Of a stretch of 64,000 nt of DNA, positions 1-13,606 are shown in pieces (the first letter of the stretch is position 1; each line of letters opens with the position of its first letter). The notes under the pieces are model-generated. The model did no database searches. It was not told where the DNA came from and saw only the letters and a list, made by a program, of their open reading frames with translations. The stretch lies in the NCBI GenBank assembly GCA_965112155.1, contig OZ218100.1, one strand, 5' to 3'. The translations under genes and the position numbers were made by a program. The stretch is from Podarcis liolepis (Eukaryota).

Positions 1-350
1 TGCTTGAGGCCACTACCACCAGCACTAATGCCATCATACCTGCTCCTGCCACTGCCACTGCCACCTGCACCGCTTGACCTGCCGCCACCGCTTGACCTGC
101 CGCCACTACCCATCCTGCTGCCTCCATGACTTGTGGAGAAGTAGCACTGGCATCAGCACCAGTGGGTGAGATCTCTGTGAGATCTTGGCTGAAGTTGCTG
201 AGATCTCACTCCAAATCGGTGCTCATGCCAGCGCCACTTCTCTGCCACTGGCAGAGGCAGCAGAACAGGCATGGCACCCATGGGGGTGTCACCTTAGGGC
301 TTCCACTGCCTGAGGCAGCCACCTCATGTAGAAATAACAGAGGTCGGCAC

Positions 351-538
351 CATAGCTGTCAACCTACCCTTTTTTGGTGGGAAATTCCCTTATTCCAGCG
401 CCGTCTTCCGCTGCTTCCCGCTGCTATCCCGGATTGTTAGATATCCTGTAGACTGTCCCCGGGACAGGTGAGGCCACTGATCCCTTATTTCCGAGGCTGC
501 TGATCCCTTATTTCCAGATCTGAAAGTTGACAGCTATG
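351..538. mobile_element. Short non-autonomous DNA transposon (MITE, hAT-like)
   Basis: Terminal inverted repeats CATAGCTGTCAAC / GTTGACAGCTATG; flanks ggtcggcac / gtttggcac resemble a degenerate 8-9 bp TSD. Confidence 0.7.
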
Positions 539-1112
539 GTTTGGCACAGGAGTTGAATGCATGTGAGCTGTGCAGGAGCAAGAAAGCAAGCAAGCAAGCA
601 AGCTCCAAGCAAGCTGCCGGCTAGCTCTGCCGAGGCTCCTTTTATTAGCAGAAGTCAGCAACTGGAAACAGTACTGAAACCACCCTGAACTTAACGTATT
701 TCCAGCAAGGCACATTTCCAGCGTTAGCGATACACGTGTCAGACAGGTGTTTCCCCCAAATGTTCCCCTGATACACGAAAGTCTGCTTCATTCGTCATGC
801 TCCAGCCAAGTGGAACATTAAGCAAAGCTTTCTGCGAGGGAGGCAAAGGTCAGAGAGTGGGCATGGCAGCTAGACATGCTGTGGCGTGTCTTATGCCGAG
901 GTGGGGGTGTGCCCCCATGCTGCATCTGTCATCCTCACAGCCTCACCCTACCTAATGGTTGTGGGGCCATAGTAGATAGCTTGATGACTACATTGACCCA
1001 GTGTATAGCAGCTGTGAAAAAGGCAAAATCCATGTGGAGGAACATTCTCGGTAGTGGCGCCCTCCCTGTGGAACCCCCTCCCACCAGATGTCAAAGAGAA
1101 CAACAACTACCA

Positions 1113-1268
1113 GACTTTTAGAAGACATCTGAAGGCAGCCCTGTTTAGGGAAGCTTTTAATGTTTGATGTATCACAGTATTTTAATATTCTTTTGGAAGC
1201 CGCCCAGAGTGGCTGGGGAAACCCAGCCAGATGGGCGGGGTATAAATAATAAATTATTATTATTATTA
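1113..1268 (+). mobile_element. L2-type LINE 3' end fragment
   Basis: Nearly the same sequence as the 3' end of the L2 copy at 46469-47063 (TTTAGAAGACATCTGAAGGCAGCCCTGTTTAGGGAAG...), ending in (TTA)n. Confidence 0.8.
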
Positions 1269-2728
1269 GGAAAGGAATTGAGCCACATTTGGAATAATGT
1301 GTGTAGTTTGGGTCATCTCACCTCAAAATGCATACTATAGAGTTGGAGAAGGTTCTGATTGGCCACTGTGAGAACGGGATGCTGGACTAGATGGGTCACT
1401 GGCCTCACCCAGCAGGCTCTTCTAGGCTGTGATCTGAAATACACTTACTATGGCGTAAGTCATGCTGAACACAGCCAGGCTTACTTTCCAAGTAAATATG
1501 CACAGAATTGCACCGCTTGTGCACAATATTTGCGGTGTTTTCTATTACAGGTTCTACACCATGAGAAATCTAAATTGGTTACTGCCAGAAGAAAGCTAAA
1601 GCATCATCTCTTGCTGTCAGATAGTATACAGGAAAAGAAGTTAGTTTATCTAACTGTTCTGTCTGGTAAAACTGGCCACCCTCCCAGATTCCATTGTCAT
1701 TTTCAAAATTACATTTGTTCAAACAAGATTTTTTTTGCTTGCTTAAGATAAACACTGCAGATTCCAGTAAGTTGCATCGGGGTATAAATACAAGAAAATG
1801 CACCTAAATTGAGCTGGTTTACTAAGATTGTTACGGAAGCACTGCAGGAATAATAAGTAGCTATATTTCAACATAACTATTTTTAGCACAGCCCAGAGCC
1901 TTGAGTAATATGACATCTCAAATTCCTTATCTTCTAAATTCTGCTAGCTAATATGTTTTATTTAAAAATGCAGCCTTGTCACAGAGATTTGTCTAGCTTT
2001 GCTTCCCAGCTGTTGTCTTTTTACTGAATAGCTGAGCACCAGAAGTGACTCTATAATGCTACTTGACCTTCATTGACACAGTAGATCCTTTTCATTTTTC
2101 AAAAAGCAATGTCTCCATCTCTGACCATGATTGAATAGAATCACAGCGTCTGTCATTGGGAGCACTGACCTTTTAATCTGTTATAAATACAAAGATGGAT
2201 GCTTGACCATTATTTCTTCTAAGCCCAAATAAAGATCAGAATTCAAAAAGCCATTCCTGATCTTAGCATACTATATGTGACTCACATGTAGTTCATACTA
2301 GTATTGACAAGGCAGGTGACATTTTTTTGTTGAGCAATCAGAAATTCCACGAGCAGAAAATCCAGATTTGGATTGCTTAATTTGCAGCTGCTCTGGGGAA
2401 TGTAAACTTTTGTTATACTTTTTATTTTGTTTTAAATTTACTGGGGAACAGGTATCCAGGGAAAAGGAGCAAAGATGTCAGGGTAGAAGAAAAGGAATGA
2501 GATGTAATGGAGAATTGGAGCCTGTGTGGTATAGCATTGGACTAGCAATGGGGGCTGGGAACAAAAGAGGCTAATTTAAATCCATGCTGAGTCATGGAGG
2601 TCACTAGGTGACCTTGGGGCAATCATTTTCTCTTAATATAACCTCCCTCACAGGGCTGTTTTGAGCATTAAAAGTAGGGAGCTTGCACATTGCACTAATC
2701 CCTTTAGAGAAAGGACAGGATAAAAATA

Positions 2729-2970
2729 CAGTGGTACCTTGGGTTACATACACTTCAGTTTACAGATGCTTCAGGTTACAGACTCTGCTAACCAAGAAAT
2801 AGTACCTCGGGTTAAGAACTTTGTTTCAGGATGAGAACAGAAATCATGCTGTGGCGGCCCGGCGGCAGTGGGAGGCCCCTTTAGCTAAAGTGGTGCTTCA
2901 GGTTAAGAACAGTTTCAGGTTAAGAACGGACCTCCAGAATGAATTAAGTCCTTAACCCGAGGTACCACTG
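2729..2970. mobile_element. Tc1/mariner-pogo-type MITE
   Basis: TIRs CAGTGGTACC(T)... / ...GGTACCACTG with TA on both sides; same family as 53521-53762. Confidence 0.9.
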
Positions 2971-5745
2971 TAAAAGAATAATTAACTGTATGTGATCTCA
3001 GCTTTATGCCATCCCTGTCTAGACATCCTCTAGTTTCTGACTTCCAGCAAGCATAGTTTCAAGTTGTTTGCCATTGTGAACACTGGAAATGTGCTCAGTA
3101 CAGTATTCTGGATTGGAGGCTATATTCCATGCTTCAACCCATGATCACTGCCAAACATGAATTTTTTATTAAATTTGTTCTATGAATACTATAGAGCTTG
3201 GAAGACAACAAGCTTGTGTATATTCTCTGTATAAGGCTTGGTGACTACAAAGTTTATACCAAATCATAGGAACTCTAAAATGCTTATTTGAGCTCAGAGC
3301 ATTAGATCGCTTTTCTATTTTCCCTCCACCATTTACAAGAAGCTTATTGATCTATTACAGATTGCTTCACCATAAAGTACTTCCCTCACATCATCCAGAA
3401 GGAAAAGTAAGAAATGTGGGTCATAAAATCGTAAAGATAGAAGACCAGGGGGAAGATGGTAGGAAGCACAAGGAAAATGGAAGTGTGCAGTTGGTGTAAA
3501 TAGAGGAATGCAAAAAACAACAACACACAGTGTAAGAAAAGCAAAGAAAATGGTGGAAAATGAAACAATGCATAAGTACTATTAAACGAAATTGCATGCA
3601 TAGCATCGAAACCCAAACCAATGTCCTCTTTCTCCATTCTCAAAACACAATCTTGCAATTTTTCTTGAGGATGGGCAGTTCAAAAGCACCTCAAAATAGT
3701 TCTGAGGACCCAAAATTGAAGTTATTTTAAACAACCCCTTTCTCCAAAAATGGTAAACATCCACTTTGCCCTCTTCCACCTTGTAATGTCTAGTGTAACA
3801 TCCAAATTGGGAAACTGCAATGCTAGACAGGGGGCTAGCATGAAAGATAGTTTGGAAACTTCAAATGGTTCAAAATGCAGTGGACAGAGTTTTAATGTGC
3901 TTTCTAGCTGCTAAGTAGTAGTTGTTCTGCACTTGAAAATTATGCTGTCCACCTGACACTGATGACTGGGTAGCAGAAACAGAATAGGCAGAGAATGACA
4001 GAAGGACAAAGGAATAATATAGGATGCTTTTTTGAAGTGCTACAATTACAAAAACAATACCTCAAACCACCAGTTGCTATGACATGTGGCCTCATACTCA
4101 GAACTGGCTCACCAGGTAGGATAGAGCTGCTATGCTAGCTTCTCTGCAGGTGGTTCACTGTTGCTTAGCGGAGTGAAGAGCGGGGAGATAGTTGTGAGGC
4201 TGGTGCGGTGCAAACACACCAAACAATCTGGCACTCCTGCACATACATTTTAATTGCATCAGCCTCTCTGCCACTGCACCCCTTCCTACCAGTAAGCAAG
4301 AGCAACATACTTGCCAGGAAGCTAGCATAATTCGACCATTTCCTTAGCTGACAAACAAAAGCTCACTCCCATCCTTTCCTCCTCATGTCTTGTTTTCCTT
4401 TTAGTTTTCTTGTTGCCTTTTTGAAATCAGGTTTTCAATAATTTCACAGAAATCCAAAACTGTAAAAATGTATGTATCAGAATGATATTTTCTTTTGTTG
4501 TGCACAACCTAAAAGGACACTGTGTATTTTCCCTCTCCTTTAAAACACTCATTAGCTTTTACAAACAGGTTATCCAATTGTCAGGATTTTTTAAAAAATG
4601 CACTATTCTATTGAGTACGTTTTTGTTTTAGTGAGACCGAATCCTATGAAGTGGCGGGTGTTGAGGAAGTAGTTTTTATTTCAAGTGGTACTACCCTATA
4701 TTTCCATGACTTTGATTCATTGCTTTTTGGATGGAGTTAAAGTCAAGATCTTGCTGAAAGGTGTACTAGCTGTTAACTTCAGAGTGATTAATGGCAAGAC
4801 AAGATATCAGGTATCAGAGTTGAGAACCCATTAACTCAGGAGAAAACTGAAAAAGCCAGAGGGAAGTAACAAAAGGAGACCCGAATGCAATGTACTCCTC
4901 GATTGCATCTGCTTGATATGATCTTGAACTCCTGTTTAGTTGTCAAATGAATGTCACATTACTTGTTGCATGTTTTATTGCCTGATATGTCAGGTCTTTT
5001 CAACACACTGGAATATATGCATTTTGGCCTTAAACTAGAGAAATAATAGATACCTACAACAAACTAATGTGAAATCACTGTCTGCAGAGAATACAGATGT
5101 ACGGATCAGCTTATTTTCTGTTCTGTCTCAGTTTCACTCATGTTTAGTCATAATGTCTTTCTGTCCCATTTTCTGCAGATATTTAAAACATACACCCACT
5201 CATTTAAATTATACACACCTTTCCAAGCACTTCCCCCTAAAATATGTAACACATTTGGAATTTCAGAGAAGTGTGCAACTTGCCCATGTTCTGATCTGTG
5301 TATAAACCCAGAAACTGTAAATTTGGTCAGTTCATTTTAAAATGCAGTTTGAACCAAAGTCTCCTCCATCTAGCAAGGAACCTTTAACTACACATTTACA
5401 AAAGTAAATAAAAACTGTACTCCACAATTCAGTTAAAGAATCTGGACTAAGCAACTGATTCACAAGGGGACAATGAACTGGGTTCATACATGCAAAGGCA
5501 ATCCCCAAGGCAATCCCTCTCAACTGCCCCTTTTTGCAACAACTACAATAATTGAAATCACAGTGGAAATATTATCAAAGTAGTGTCGCTTTGCCATCAA
5601 GCTCCTCCCTCCCTCTGCTATTACCTGGCAATAAGGGCAGGGGAGAAATTAAATTTGGTTTGCATTTTACTGACTCGGTAAACCAAACCACAACTTTTTT
5701 TTCAAAATTCACACTTTCCCGAAGTTTCTATATTTTGTAACAGAA

Positions 5746-5768
5746 TGTGTGTGTGTGTGTGTGTGTGT
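5746..5768. repeat. (TG)n microsatellite
   Basis: Direct reading. Confidence 0.95.
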
Positions 5769-6617
5769 ATAAGAGGAAAGTGTGCATAAAAATGCAAATA
5801 TTAGGGAAGATACCATACATATATTATGTACAATTGCTTTGCAAAGATATGTATATAAGGAAAAATTTGCATGAAAATCAAATGAATTTTCAGAAGTTTT
5901 TAAAAAGAATGCTGGCTGATGCACAAAAGTGACAAACTCAACTTAAAATGGGAAAAATGAGAACTGGATATTAAGACAGATTTGTCCATTCCTACCTAAG
6001 AGCAGCCATCCCACCAAGCCACAAAAGAGGGAGAGACGAGAAGCAGGATCCTTCCATTGACTCAACTGAAAGTTCTGCAGTTTGTGGATCTTTTTTTTCC
6101 TTTGAACTCTTTCTACTCCAGCTGCTCGTAATAAGATCATCACAGCTTAGAACAGGTGCCTGGGATTGTCTCCTTCCCTTCTTTTTATGCCATGCCTTCT
6201 AGGTTGCAAGCCTAAGTGGAGGGCCTGTCTTATAACTAATTATTTTACATACACTGGGAAACTTGTCAGCTGATGGGTAAAAATGATTCAAATGCATGCA
6301 TTTCTCCAGAGGGCCAAAGTTTACCATTTGGCCTGCTCCAGTCCCCAAAGGAATCTGGCAGCAGTGACTGCTTTGAAGTGGAGCCTGGTCTGTTGTGGTA
6401 TGACTGAGGGGACAAAAATGCCCCTGGCGGAGCCAGGTACCCATTCTCTCCAACACCAGACACAGTCCCCTGACTGAAGACGGAGCTTTGTTTGCCAAGG
6501 CAATCATGCTGTACTCAGGAAGTCAGGAAGTGTTGCCCCAGCAACCGGGGGGGGGGGACAAAACCACAATCATTTTGGCCATTTTTAAGCCCCATCTTCA
6601 AGTGCTAACAGTTTTAC

Positions 6618-6668
<51 letters not shown>
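6618..6668. repeat. (AAAG)n microsatellite
   Basis: Direct reading. Confidence 0.95.
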
Positions 6669-6669
<1 letters not shown>

Positions 6670-7848
6670 CATTTCCACTGTCACTGACTAGAAGGTCAAC
6701 ACTGAGACCCCCACACTCAATCCTAAGCACTCTGGAACTAAAACAAGAGGTATACCCACCATAGGAGCCAACTCCTAGAGGCCAAGGTCCCATCGGGCTC
6801 CCCAAAGTTGATGGGCATTGCAATTCAAATAGTGTTTGTGTGCCAAGTCTTGTGATCAATTATGTGTGGCAGGGCTTAATTATGTGTGGCAGGGCTTATC
6901 TGCCCGCCTCCCCATATTTTATTCAAGTTAGCACCCCTGATATGCAGTGTTCAGGACACTTAATATTAGAACACAAAGAGAAATCAAGCACATGTTAACA
7001 AATGAAAAATGTCACCTACCTTAGTGTGAATGCATAATAAGACCCAATAAACAGGCAACCATCGACTTTTTACATATGTTTATTTCACCTGCCTTTGCTG
7101 TCATTTGTAGAACAGGGACTTGTTACCTGTCAGAAATCTGTACAGGAGTTTAGCACATCTAACTTCTCTTGCTCACTCGCTCTCTCTTTTTAACAAATTG
7201 CTCTATGAATTTTACTGTGCTTCCTTCACACTTTCCATTGCCGTTAAACTAAATTCATTTTCTTGTGTTTTTGTTTCATGTCACGTCTACTGAGAGCTTT
7301 GCAAAAGCAGTGGTAGAGATTCAACAGCAGTCAGCAGTGCCAACCTTTGTGATTTAATTGCCAATTCCACCACTTTTAGGGTTTCCAGAAATCTGACATC
7401 CTGTGATATGATAAAATAACAAGAATGAGGGCTTAAGTTTTTTTAACGGTACCTTTTTAGCTTTTGTGGTTTCTCAGAAAACATTGGTTATAGTGTGTCT
7501 TAAAGAACTATGTGACCCATAACGCTCATAAAGAAGGCTGGATTTATTTTTAGAAGTGAGCAACTAATATAAATTTCCACTTCGGAAAAAGAAGTCCACC
7601 TTGGTTACTAAAAGCTGAAGAGTTTAAATCTGAATGTTTGCTTCAAATGATACATATAACACACATTACCACTACACAAATCCCCCCTCCTTTAGAACAA
7701 AGTGCTTCCTTAGATCATCTTCACTTAGGACATTTAGTTCTTATAAGCATTATGTGACTAGTATATCTACTGAGCTATGTATTTTCAGTTGCAAACCCCT
7801 CCAACTTTGCATGGGGAATTCTGAATCAGATACAGGCAGGCTTTAGGC

Positions 7849-7981
7849 CAGGCTTCCTCAACCTCGGCCCTCCAGGTGTTTTGAGACTACAAGTCCCAGC
7901 ATCCCTGACCCCTGGTCCTGCTAGCTTGGGATCATGGGAGTTGTAGGCCCAAAACTGGAGGGCTGAGGTTGAGGAAGCCTG
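7849..7981. mobile_element. hAT-type MITE
   Basis: TIRs CAGGCTTCCTCAACC / GGTTGAGGAAGCCTG; perfect 8-bp TSD CTTTAGGC at 7841-7848 and 7982-7989. Confidence 0.9.
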
Positions 7982-9932
7982 CTTTAGGCTTTCCAGGTCA
8001 AGTCCACTACTGGTTAGCTTTCTTCATTTCAGCAGGTGAGAAAAATTAATTTCACTGATGCTGTTGTTTCTTGCAAGAATCTGTTGCAAATCACTGAAAG
8101 GCAAACCAGTTGATCCTGCTCTGTTTTCTGCATCTAAGTGCATAAGACAGATGTCCTTAAGAAAAAGTCAGTGTGGTGCTATCCCTGATCTTTACCAGTG
8201 CAAATCAGGAAATTAGCGACCCAATTCATTCTCTCCTAGGCAGTGTGCAATCGGTTCAAAAGAACAAGTTTTTGATGAAGGCCCCATCTGCACTATACAT
8301 TTAAAGCTGTATCAAACCACTTTAAACAGTTTTCTCCATTGAATTCTTGGAACTGTAGTTTATTAAGGGTGCTGAACTTTGTTAGGTGACACTGTGTTAC
8401 CAAGAGTCCTCCGGGACTGGTCATTCTTTCTGTACATGTACTTAGGTAAAATAAAGATCTATTCATGGATCCTCCCTGTCCTTGCAATTCATTGGCTCTC
8501 TGTTACAAAGATAGTTCAGGGTTTGAAACCAGACCCAGCAACACAGAACTACAATATACTTTTTAAAATGTAAAATGCGGTGGGTCCTAAGCTGCACACC
8601 TAAAGCGAATGAGGAAAGTGAAGAGGAAGCTCTTTCTTGATTCTGTGGCTGGTTTCTATCCTTCAAGATTTGTTAAACAAATACTCTGGGTGGCACATGC
8701 GTGTGTTTTAGCCTTTGGTGAGGCCTGTCATCCTTACTGTATATTTTGCTCCATATGTTAACAGAGCCTGAGGTCAGCAACTGTCTGATAGTGATAAGAT
8801 TTTTTTTTAAAAAAATAGTTCATTAAACTTGCATGTGCTATAGTGAATTGTGGTGCCAATAAACTAGAGCGGCAGGTGCATCTTCAACCCTGATGTTTCT
8901 ATTTGGAGTTTAATTGCAAGCTATTAGAATTCTGCCAATATATTTAGACGAAAGTAAAAGGTTATTAAAATCCCACTAAAACAGCTGAGAACTATTGAAA
9001 TTCAGGCTTATTCACCCTCTCCTCCCCAGGTTGTCCTGTCTGCTTGGTTTCAGAATTTGATGGTCTTTCCCGTTCCAAGTACATACAAGCTCTTTTCAGC
9101 ACCTTGAGAATTTGTCTGCGTGCTTTCATAATCTCTTTCCAACCTGGCTTTATCACCGTCACTCCTTAAGTTTCATAAGCATCTCTTCCTCCTTCCCTCT
9201 TTAATCTTTTTCCCCCTGCCTTGCTTTGAGCCTTTCATACTTATTAACGCTTGTTTGCTGCGTATTAGCAAGCTTAACAATGAATGCATTTTTAAGCATA
9301 GCTGTGATGTGCAAAGCGACAAATTTCACAACTATTTCCACCAATGCTACTAAACTTTACCACAAAATTAAACACATTAGGTTCCTTCCCACAGTTTCAA
9401 AGGTGACAGAATTTTCTATAGAACAAAGTCTTTCCATTGTAATCATTTAGCTGCTGCACTTTGCTTGAAACCACTTATTGATTTGATTGGGGAAATTCCA
9501 GTGGCCCCGTGATAATAATGGTGTCCAGAAACATCCCCACAGTGCCTGCAACAGTTGCTTTGTTCCACTGTCTATACAGAGATGTCTGCTCTCCTGTGTT
9601 CTGTTTTAGATGCATAGTATCATAGAATTGGAAGGGACCCTGGGGATTACCTAGTCCTAGTCCAGCCTCTGCGCCTGTCTCATATGGGGATCGAACCTGC
9701 AACCTTGGTGTTATCAGCACCATGCTCTAAGCAACAGAGCTATGCAGTTCTGTTTCAAAATGGGATTTATAAATCACCATCTCATTAAATATATAATGAT
9801 GCTGGACACAACCCCCCCCCCATAAAATTACAAAATTGCTTCATTAGCTTCCTCTTCTTAATTGTTTAGGATGCCTTGGTTGAAATTTCTGGAATCATAT
9901 TCGAGATGATTGTTCCTTTCTGTACTTATTTA

Positions 9933-10279
9933 AGGTAAAGGTCAAGGGACCCCTGACCATTAGGTCCAGTCGTGGCCGACTCTGGGATTGCGGTGCTCAT
10001 CTCGCTTTATTGGCCGAGGGAGCTGGCATACAGCCATGTGGCCAGCATGACTAAGCCGCTTCTGGCGAACCAGAGCAGCACACAGAAACGCTGTTTACCT
10101 TCCCGCCGGAGCGGTACCTATTTATCTACTTGCACTTTGACGTGCTTTCAAACTGCTAGGTTGCCAGGAGCAGGGACCGAGCAATGGGAGCTCACCCCGT
10201 CACGGGGATTCAAACCGCCGACCTTCTGATTGGCAAGTCCTAGACTCAGTGGTTTAACCCACAGTGCCACCCGCGTCCC
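9933..10279 (-). mobile_element. Sauria SINE
   Basis: tRNA-like head GGGACGCGGGTGGC... and (ACCTTT)n tail on the minus strand; 15-bp TSD TTCTGTACTTATTTA (9918-9932, 10280-10294). Confidence 0.9.
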
Positions 10280-10578
10280 TTCTGTACTTATTTATCTTCC
10301 CCTTATTTATGTTCCTACTCCCAGCATTTTCCTTCTTACAGAACCCCTTATTCCAACCCTGATTCTCTGACATGTCTCTTATTTGCCGCCCTGTTTCTAG
10401 GTTTTCAGCCCTATTGCTGCCCACATAACTTTCCTATCTTCATGCTTAATAGGTTGAATCCAATGTTAGTTCTACTCAGAACAGATTCATTGAAATCAGT
10501 GGGTCCACTTCAAGTCTAACTTAGTGGGATACAAGCCTACGTGTTTCCTTTTTCTGACATGCGCTGTTATTTTGTATA

Positions 10579-11471
10579 CAGTGGTGCCCCGCAAGACGAA
10601 CGCCTCGCAAGATGGAAAACCCGCTAGACGAAAGGGTTTTCCGTTTTGGAGGCACTTCGCAAAACGAATTTCCCTATGGGCTTCCTTCGCAAGACGAAAG
10701 CCCATAGGGAAATCTCCGGGACAGCGGGGAAGCGCAGCGCGTCTTCCCCACTGTCCTCGGACCTCCTCCAAAGGCTGGCGGTGGGGCGGAGAGACCTCCT
10801 CCCGCCGCCAGCCTTCGGAAGGCTGCTCCGAAGCCTGGTGGCGGGAGGAGGTCTCTCTGCCCCACCGCCAGCCTTCGGAAGGCTGCTCCAAAGCCTGGCG
10901 GCGGGAGGAGGTCTGTCCGCCCCACCGCCAGCCTTCGGAAGGCTGCTCCGAAGACTGGTGGCGGGAGGAGGTCTCTCCATCCCACTGCCAGCCTTCGGAA
11001 GGCTGCTCCGAAGCCTGGCGGTGGGGCGGAGAGACCTCCTCCCGCCACCAGGCTTCGGAAGGCTCCTCCGAAGGCTGGCGGTGGGGCGGAGAGACCTTCT
11101 CCCCGCGCCAGCCTTCGGATGGCTGTCCTGAAGACTTGTGGTGGGAGGAGGGTTTTCCTTCCCACTGCCAACATTCAGAATGCTGTTCTGAATGTTGGCG
11201 GTGGGGAGGAAAAACCCTCCTCCCACCGCAAGCCCCGGGAACAGAGGAGAAGCGCTGCGCCCCTTCCCCTCTGTTCCCGTACCTGTCCTGAAGGCTTGCG
11301 GTGGGGAGAAAAGCCCTTCTCCGCACCGCCAGCCTGGCAAGCAGTTTCCATAGGAACGCATTAATTGATTTTCAATGCATTCCTATGGGAAACCGTGCTT
11401 CGCAAGACGAAAAACTCGCAAGAAGAAAAAACTTGCGGAACGAATTAATTTCGTCTTGCGAGGCACCACTG
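10579..11471. mobile_element. Tc1/mariner-pogo-type non-autonomous transposon with an internal GC-rich minisatellite
   Basis: TIRs CAGTGGTGCCCCGCAAGACGAA / TTCGTCTTGCGAGGCACCACTG; TA at both flanks. Confidence 0.9.
10770..11235. repeat. ~60-bp GC-rich tandem repeat (~8 units) inside the MITE
   Basis: Recurring ...CCGCCAGCCTTCGGAAGGCTGCTCCGAAG... with a 60-nt period; explains the overlapping low-complexity ORFs on both strands. Confidence 0.9.
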
Positions 11472-12955
11472 TATTTTAAAACAAACTTTTCCTCTTTTTG
11501 GTCTTGCCCTTTCTTACCAAGCTTCACTGCTTTCTCTCTGCTCTCTCTCTTGGTGCCTCCAGTTCCAGAGAGCAATCTGCCTGCATAACATGCAGCTGTA
11601 TACAATGAAGTAATCCTGTTTGCAAAAGAACTTTTGCATGTGCAACAGAAACTCCCCTTTCCTCTTTTTTGTGCACCCCAACTCACCCCACCTGCTCTGG
11701 AGGGTTGGGGGGAAACCCACTATAAGTGCGGGGGGCAGGGAGAGGACATTTTATTGTACAACTGGAAGTCCTTAGCTGAGCAGGGCCAATTTGTTGAATA
11801 CAACCACTCCACTTCCTTACTCTACTGCTCATCTCTATAGCTTTTTAATATTCCTCCTGTAGGGGACTCTCCTTCTAAATATTCAGCTTGCCTCCTATTT
11901 GTCTCACTTTAAGAAACGATTAAAGAACACCCACATCATTTCATTCAATCATTGCCCTCTCCTTTTTCTGACTGGCTTTCAGAATCCCTTCCTACTCCAA
12001 GGTTAATTCTTCACCTCCCCCCCCCCTTTTTTTTGCCTGTGCACAAAGTTTCCTCCTTTCCCACCAACTCCTTTTTAGTTTTAGTCCCATCTTTCTTAAA
12101 AGGTGTTCCTGAAGGCAGGGACTTGTGCTTTTCTAGTTTTGTATGGTGCCTAGTACATATTAGGTGCTTCTATAAATGATAAATTCTAATTGCGATGAAC
12201 CCCGCTTTGTTCAAAATTCCTTTAATGCTCTACTTCCAAATTTGAAACTGGGAGTTTAGCTGAGTGAAATTAATAGCTCTTTCTCCCTCTCCCTCTCTTT
12301 CATAAGCAAAGCTGCTTTCAGAGAGTGCTCTGACATTTGTTTCATTATTAGTGCACAGGAAAGAAAAGGCATTTTCGGAAGTAGGTGAATCACTTCTCGC
12401 TTGTCAACATGCTATTAAAGATCTTTGCACAGAGCAACCACTGGCTTTAAAGGCCACTGGTAATAGTAAAGTATATGGAATGTCTGTAAGTGCAGTCATG
12501 GCGAAGATTGATAAGCCATTTCTGCAATCTAAATGTAAGCCTCCTTTCCAACTTTGTTTCACTACTAATATTCTGAATTATTGCTCTGAACAAGTGGAGA
12601 CTCCTGTCAGTGGGAGCGGGGAAAGTCAATTTTTGCCACCACAGCCATCCCCACAGCCCACAGCACCACCTCCAGAGAGCCTCCAATCCTTCAGAACATA
12701 TTTTCTGAAAGGCATTGGAGACTTTAGGGGTAATCAGGTAAAAATTGCCTCCTCCCCTTCCCCTTGCGGGATCCTCTGCTAGATTAGAGCCTATATTTCT
12801 GCCAACATCCTTGAGGGTTTATTGTCACACTAGCTGAGGATGAGACATGTCTATCAAGTGCATTCTGCTGACTGTTGCAACAAGTGCTCTGTCAAAATCT
12901 GCCCTCCAATTTCTTATACATTTTCTTCTCCTGTGAAGAGAAGCTTCTGTTTTTC

Positions 12956-13606
12956 TTTTTTTTAAAAGATATTTATTGAGATTTTAAACAGTAAAAGAAA
13001 CCTTCACACACAAAATAAAGCAGAAAAATGCATTAAAATACATTAAAAAGGAAAAAAGAAAAAAACCTAAAAAATATAAGAAAAAAAGAGAAAAAAGAGA
13101 AGAAGATAAGAAAAGACATAAAAATCAAATTTTTTACTTGTTATTTTCATACCCCTTCTTCCTGACTTCCTCACATCTCCCTTTTTTGTGTTCCTTTTTA
13201 CACAACCATATTCAGCAAATATCTTACCCTCTTTCAAATCTTGATCTATATTATATATTTCAACACAATGTGTCTCCAATTCTTCCTTTTATATCCTTTT
13301 GTTTACATTTGACACAATGTGATCTAACTTTTTTTTTCACCCTTGTCTTTTGAAACTTTTGTTACCTACTCCTTTTACCTATGTCACTAATGCCACATTG
13401 TCTTCATATCTTGCATCATTTTAACATTCCAACATTTTAACATTTTAACACTCTGATATTTTACAATGTTTTTGCAAATAGTCTTTAAACTTCTTCCAGT
13501 CCTCTTCCACTGACTCTTCTCCCAGGTCTCGAATTCTGCCAATTCCATGTAGTCTATCACTTGCATCTGCCATTCTTCCAGGGTGGGTAAATCTTGTGTC
13601 TTCCAG
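12956..13606 (-). mobile_element. 5'-truncated L1/Tx1-type LINE (ORF2 C-terminus, 3' UTR, poly-A)
   Basis: Minus-strand peptides WKTQDLPTLEEW...YMELAE and EEDWKKFKDYL; AATAAA followed by an A tail; 18-bp TSD GAGAAGCTTCTGTTTTTC (12938-12955, 13607-13624). Confidence 0.8.

Noticed and set aside
10770-11235. CRISPR-like repeat-spacer appearance
   Set aside because: The 'spacers' are copies or inversions of one core sequence, the context is eukaryotic, and no cas genes are present
10496-11364. Long overlapping ORFs (245-276 aa) on both strands
   Set aside because: They arise from a stop-poor GC-rich 60-bp minisatellite inside a MITE and have no domain motifs
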